64,000 nt of DNA from an uncultured virus (IMG/VR IMGVR_UViG_3300030372_004155) (lineage: Duplodnaviria; Heunggongvirae; Uroviricota; Caudoviricetes): IMG/VR virus record IMGVR_UViG_3300030372_004155, one strand, 5' to 3'. The translations under genes were made by a program, and so were the position numbers. Position 1 is the first letter of the stretch; each line of letters begins with the position of its first letter. Below are positions 62,901 to 64,000 of the stretch, piece after piece. Under the pieces are notes generated by a model that was not told the DNA's origin, did not search any database, and saw only the letters and a list, made by a program, of their open reading frames with translations.

Positions 62901-63527
62901 TGATTCATTCGTACCTTTTGACTCATATAATGATCTAGCATTTTTTATAAAATTGCCAGCATCTACATCAGATGCAAAAGAAACGTCTTCTAAACCAGGT
63001 GTTAAGGTTGATTTTTGTTTCTTATAAAATTCTCTAAGAAATAAAGAACTTAGGTTTTGTATAGATGCATCTGCATCATGTGATTCTGCTGTAGTATCAC
63101 TAAAAATTAAATCTCCCTTATTTAATTCTTGATGATAACTTGTAATACCACAAAATCCCCTAATACATCCTGTAAAAGTATTTGTAGTTAATCCAGTATA
63201 TGTAATAATCTCACTACCAATCTTTAGTAGTCCATATTCATTTGGAAATCCCTTAGTGGTGGAAACTTCAATAGTATTAGCATCACTACTAATACCAACA
63301 CTCAATGTAGTAGAGTCAATAACTACATTAGGTGTTAAATTATCTAATTTTAAATATTGATCTAAATTATCTGTAATATCAACGGTACCACCTTGATATT
63401 CTTGAGAAATATAATATTGTTTTAAAAAATCTACCGTAGTGGGAGATTCGCTTAACACAAAATCAGGTAATTGGTTATCAATTATTTCCTGAATCTTAAC
63501 TTTAGATTCAAAACCAGTCTGTATCAT
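50958..63527 (-). CDS. gp7: Giant baseplate wedge initiator, gp7-like (4189 aa)
   Basis: Lies between gp6 and gp8. Motifs NQLPDFV, Y.SKGT..SF.ILF..LYG, IIGWAYDGNPIYGPYG...DLD..NGRF..TPEFP.G.YAYF (YHYH-like) and YYQ.MSY...LLH.SG. Confidence 0.85.
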   Translation of the reverse strand: MIQTGFESKVKIQEIIDNQLPDFVLSESPTTVDFLKQYYISQEYQGGTVDITDNLDQYLKLDNLTPNVVIDSTTLSVGISSDANTIEVSTTKGFPNEYGLLKIGSEIITYTGLTTNTFTGCIRGFCGITSYHQELNKGDLIFSDTTAESHDADASIQNLSSLFLREFYKKQKSTLTPGLEDVSFASDVDAGNFIKNARSLYESKGTNESFRILFNVLYGETPKVINLEDYLLKPSSADYVRREIIIADLIAGDPSKLVGQTIFKESDLNTNASISEVEPFTRVGVALTENKQYYKISLFMGYDESASTIQGNFSITPASKVLENVGAGASTIPVDSTVGFGVTGTIISGVNTSINYTSKSINQFFGCTGIGASIQTADVVRNDDIYFGYEDGDINGTKVQLRLTGVLSDFNQISKNITIDEGQIISVSNIGDLIENPATNKTYKEIFANSWIYNTSVRYKLSNINNASCTTKGDTDKSSLKIDDYVEIVESNSNNVVFGGDGNLKIDNIVDSKDITLSDNTNLVATDGVYDIRRRINTAFSDIVPLKDGKILSDVQNLYVGSAHTTYIASNSLPSGRSGLSVSNYINTIGVNIQSVVAAGLTEKNPVTNNYKTLQFNNELKFIDGDKVYYEPESWQTPYIGLDTGSYYVGIGTTTKEMKLYTSRSFVDGTNFIELNVSSTSSGINTGGHRFTLDSQKADIIGPQKLLKKFSLDSTINRGNQVETSPGSIGMLIDGVEITNYKSNDKIYYGPLENVNILNGGSNYDVINLPQVDIAPGLGITALLQPVVSGTITKIDVDPQGFDIERVVSIGVTGGNGNAILNPLIIKKSRDVSFDGRSTTNAGGINTTTNEITFLTNHAFRNNQHVIYKSNGNNGIGLGIGVSSLVNNSSYFVSVINNTTIQLYSSINDSISGINTVGFGTTSLAGIHKFSTLPNQTSIVGVEVVNGGTFTNRKLIVKPSGISSAYNTVNFTNHGFKDGEIVEYSSTGTAVSGLTTTNQYQINKIDDNSFKLTDGGIGGTIRSNYISKNYVSLGSTGTGYHNFAYPDIIASLDYAPVGFGTTTQTVETIILTPTVRGSIIDAYLYETGTGYGSSVLNFENKPIISIKTGKNAQLEPIIVNGRIDSVNLQFGGEQYFSIPDLNVIDSSGKGSGAALRPIISNNRISDVEIINPGIGYSSIDTSINVVSAGKNTLIDVNIRSLSIDISKKYQSSELLLPTNNDLGYSVSGYNQNYINSFNEDATEASKIIGWAYDGNPIYGPYGYTDPNIASSVKKLEPGYVIDTSNVFDRPSTTDFIGGFFVEDYKFNNSGDLDRNNGRFSKTPEFPDGIYAYFATVDDSVAPIVPKFPYFIGNSYRSIPLTQNIDQSFDFSQSDLIRNTFPYKVSDKNADNDFIIETNEISRQKAVIESVTSGSIDQLLVISSGDNYKINDSLIFDDINTNGSGLISKVSSLKGKNIVNVSTGTSSYSDVVFTWVDSQNVKVNILPSHNWENNDNIIVSGLSTQLSELNGPNMVGLTTSMASLTYPLGSVSSIVGVSTEIWVSRIPENVSVGSSIKIGDETLKLLEFYRNNNLLRVERGATGISHTATSRVSFIPDSFNIKGSVNIFDSKVNNKVFFNPTKAIGFGTITGITSTMTFDFANVSIIRDVPTQQIYLENHPFSENEQISYSAGTTGNISISTSPTSSPFTLPSTLYVSDKSANRIGIKTGIGTMFSDVYFRSGGDNFDNYTFESNYLQVTGKVERIKTTVSLSTSHNLKRDDIIDLNIKPNLSVGIGTSTAVVLQRQDSTGYILVNPIGFNSTGINTITNELTLSSHALTTGDKIAYSADLFPSGISSTSYYVYKVDENTIQLSATSVDVNSNPPVTVGFGSTGGVDQIISQVNPQLSTLKNNNLVFDLSHSSLKDYEFKLYYDNEFKNEFVSTASTIFDVVGFGTVGISTNATSTINYDNTLPQKLFYNIEKSGFISTTDTDSPNYSEIIFTDSSYISSYSIIGVGDTTFDVSLKEIPEKLSYNPSECDSLEYTTSSLTAKGGINNVSILSGGINYQKLPNFVGSSSTEGTGGSIVAKSTNVGNSNKVRIINEGFEYSSDKTLQPSAYISPLIVIENSNTVGIITVTSGGNNYIIPPLIKIINPTTREIIKNGLLEAVLTNTTISSVDPIVLPSGLPSGGIELFAIQNTNGVSISTISSNSTGIFTCFINTPSAGFGTAPFKVGDEVFVENIVQYDPVSVGGSGFNSPDFGYRFAKVSAYTVAATGSNDSVTIDLAGISTNTGIAVTDQSNIPSLINKINYPTFVSNLVPSFFNTGEKIISNDIERDLIITSTESDYIKVSGTYRLSVGEIITGKDSGTTATINNITENFGRFSVNYMVKKDIGWSDDIGSLNLDTQVTPNNDYYQNMSYTVQSTRTFDQLRSPVSSLLHTSGLKNFANTGITSTSLVGIGSTDFSISVQDIIGDNRVDTVYNYAYALDLGSGNSSNAIKTPNKVFTAYTLAKSNEVLKIDNIKDQFSNLSSDLTDYLNILQIDSNISFKNILFRISNLDNTDVQLTELVLLNNGSNSILLQKGDLEDEGPIGSFDIESTGLGENYLRFTPLPNSLDFDYDIKSLELDFLSNTGIGTQSLGFINLTGAVGIATVDSVLGVTTSSIISVDSTKYNSLHVKTHLVNQTTSQMNYVELYVTHDGTDTYIADYYVDTHSEVTSYSETLMGSFKGDLTGSIFSLQYVNNLTDEIKYSSSVVGFGSTSSGTDTYRFSSPSEPVGSERSLIYQSNYVVGVGTTTAVILDKSLFNASKSIVEVSVGSTRAVHQLMMNHDGTDVYIQPGPILSNAGDIEVDTRLGIGTFGAEYVSNDFVLKFYPETEFITDNIQVSSLNEVLYTENDFSNSSNVPDLTYGSAVQSFNLYSFNAPNGSRINKSNFVLKSNNTPIFAKIFNPADSTVIALSDTKFNIDNHFFRTDEELIYTPRSTFVGVGSTPMLYQSSTGAIDQLPSSVFAIRDSADTFQISTTRGGSAVTFVGIGTGNAHQFEMAKSNTKSIITIDNVIQSPIAFVPLSYTLENNTDDASTGISTTRTIFSLSGISSLTSSDIIKIDNEYMKVINVGVGETTVGPIVGIGTTNLVEVERGFIGSASTNHTNSSTINLYRGSYNIDGEEIWFTDPPKGNPQLIKNSSNLNYATSDFGGRVYLRDNYDTNQVYDDISDQFTGIGETYTLTNTGVNTVGLGTTGGNGLLLISNIFQSPTADNNPSNNFQVQEDISSGISSVRFTGIRTSSDDPVIISDIDVNQNELPRGGLIISLGSTPGLGYAPAVGARAYLEKDSNGIITNVVGIATTGPAISITTSTYNNETGVLQITTQEAHNFEAGIIAQVKLAGLAFTCPDGSGITTTIFPESPVGFGSTSIDYSILSIGSTNTFTTNVGVSTIPHTYNSGGSVMPWYGNATIGSGYTGSTISIGVTDVSYIHTFVSGVSTTLYVTSWSGTPLTATSASYLPTSGDLTLTIPSHGLTTSDNVGIRTNSLVFKCSKDDYATDHYYPRPTDPVAGLITSINSYDTDTLTVNVGASVGSGAEVTATVGAGGTLSFAIGAGGTNYTNPYLDIPEASYTNLSVTGVSRLGIGATTDTGVGLLLNVEVSASSTVSGASTYFEVPKWEIARDGYAFKKGDVFTPVGLVTDASLSSPIVPFELTVLDTYNDSFSAWQFGQFDYIDSIKSLQDGSRKRFELRYDNELLSFQVQEGTSFAGVNLANALLIVANGVIQEPGVSYLFDGGTSFAFIEPPKPEDEISIFFYRGTSGSDTELVTNVYPSLKVGDTVQLDKILNSVQNQQSRVATAITATDIIETNLYKGVGITTEEKSLNWTKQKVDRIINGEVVYKSRPSLEPLIFPTAKIIGSLKSTDTEIFVDDAVFFDEEGEISGSSPISGRIVDNSVTRVSAAITAIVSTAGTISSLDIVNAGSGYIGATTSVSIGIPTTGIGTTANPTATATATITGGSISTTTITASGFGYTATAVPNVLVTLPTFTSELIGNITSVKGFSGIITGIGTTTGDGVPLALKFSLFASSYSDLNINYPIYITNTTVGTGVTSIFDSDSEVVGIGTTFLDNIYNINHIWNSGTAGIITCNIKSDTTVTGLSSTGSSMDAIGRFSWGRLGGSFTRGTEPVSLGVTGLTINSGLTTFPTIQRRSSGLRDTGALDPFYS

Positions 63528-63528
63528 A

Positions 63529-64000
63529 TTACTGTCGTTTTAATTGTCCGTTGGAATAACTAGATGTATAGAAATCTTTAATAAAGGTGGTGCCTGTTAC
63601 CTCATCACCAGAACTAATAACATCCCTCACCATATTTATTTTACTTTTAGAAAGACTTAAATTAATATACAATTCTCGTAATCCTACAACATCATTTGAT
63701 TCAGGAATAGCTTGTATTTCAATAACACCAGAAGTATTAAGAGTTGAAGTAATATTTATTGTATTCAACAATATTTCTCCTTTAATATAATCTACAGTTC
63801 CTGCAGATTTAGCCACAACATTATATGTACCATCCACTAATACATCTATAATAGAAATTACTCCAGTTTTTAAATCTGGATTAGGAATATCTGTAATATA
63901 AACTGTTTTTGTAGTGCCAGAAATCTTAAATCCTGTAGATTTAATATTGAATCCTGATTCATTAACATGGAATTGATTTCCATAGCATAATTCATACTGA
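63529..64000 (-). CDS. gp6: Baseplate wedge gp6, C-terminal part (start lies beyond the window)
   Basis: The frame is open to the window edge (QYELCYGNQFH...IKSTGF...GTVDYIKGEI...PESNDV), so the ORF-track start at 63837 is internal. Confidence 0.85.
   Translation of the reverse strand, partial: QYELCYGNQFHVNESGFNIKSTGFKISGTTKTVYITDIPNPDLKTGVISIIDVLVDGTYNVVAKSAGTVDYIKGEILLNTINITSTLNTSGVIEIQAIPESNDVVGLRELYINLSLSKSKINMVRDVISSGDEVTGTTFIKDFYTSSYSNGQLKRQ

Overview
This is an AT-rich 64 kb segment of a T4-like cyanomyovirus (Kyanoviridae-type) genome. The host is probably Prochlorococcus, inferred from pebS and the low GC content. Every credible gene is on the minus strand. Read in transcription order (right to left), the structural block holds baseplate gp6 (partial), a 4189-aa gp7-like protein, gp8, a 2454-aa VrlC-like protein, a fibre-like protein, neck and tail genes gp13-15, terminase gp16/17, gp18-23 and gp3. 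The replication and recombination block follows: uvsY, uvsW, gp55, gp47, gp46, a vWA/HEXXH protein, a DenV-like glycosylase, a CobS/MoxR-type ATPase, pebS, gp45, gp44, gp62, regA, purS, a PMM-like HAD, hsp20, gp43, a cytidylyltransferase, uvsX and gp41 (partial). I saw no tRNA, rRNA, CRISPR array, intron or IS. Gene identities come from recognised motifs and synteny, not from database searches. Six observations stand out. (1) An unlisted 23-aa Cys/His metallothionein-like ORF lies between gp16 and gp17. (2) An identically spaced non-canonical promoter element precedes both the vWA protein and its AAA ATPase. (3) The hsp20 leader looks like a ROSE-type RNA thermometer. (4) Back-to-back sigma70 promoters share one palindromic -35 upstream of gp55. 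(5) A DruA/DUF4338-like gene sits between the clamp-loader genes. (6) A G-[IVFL]-[GSTAN]-[ST] motif saturates the virion proteins.
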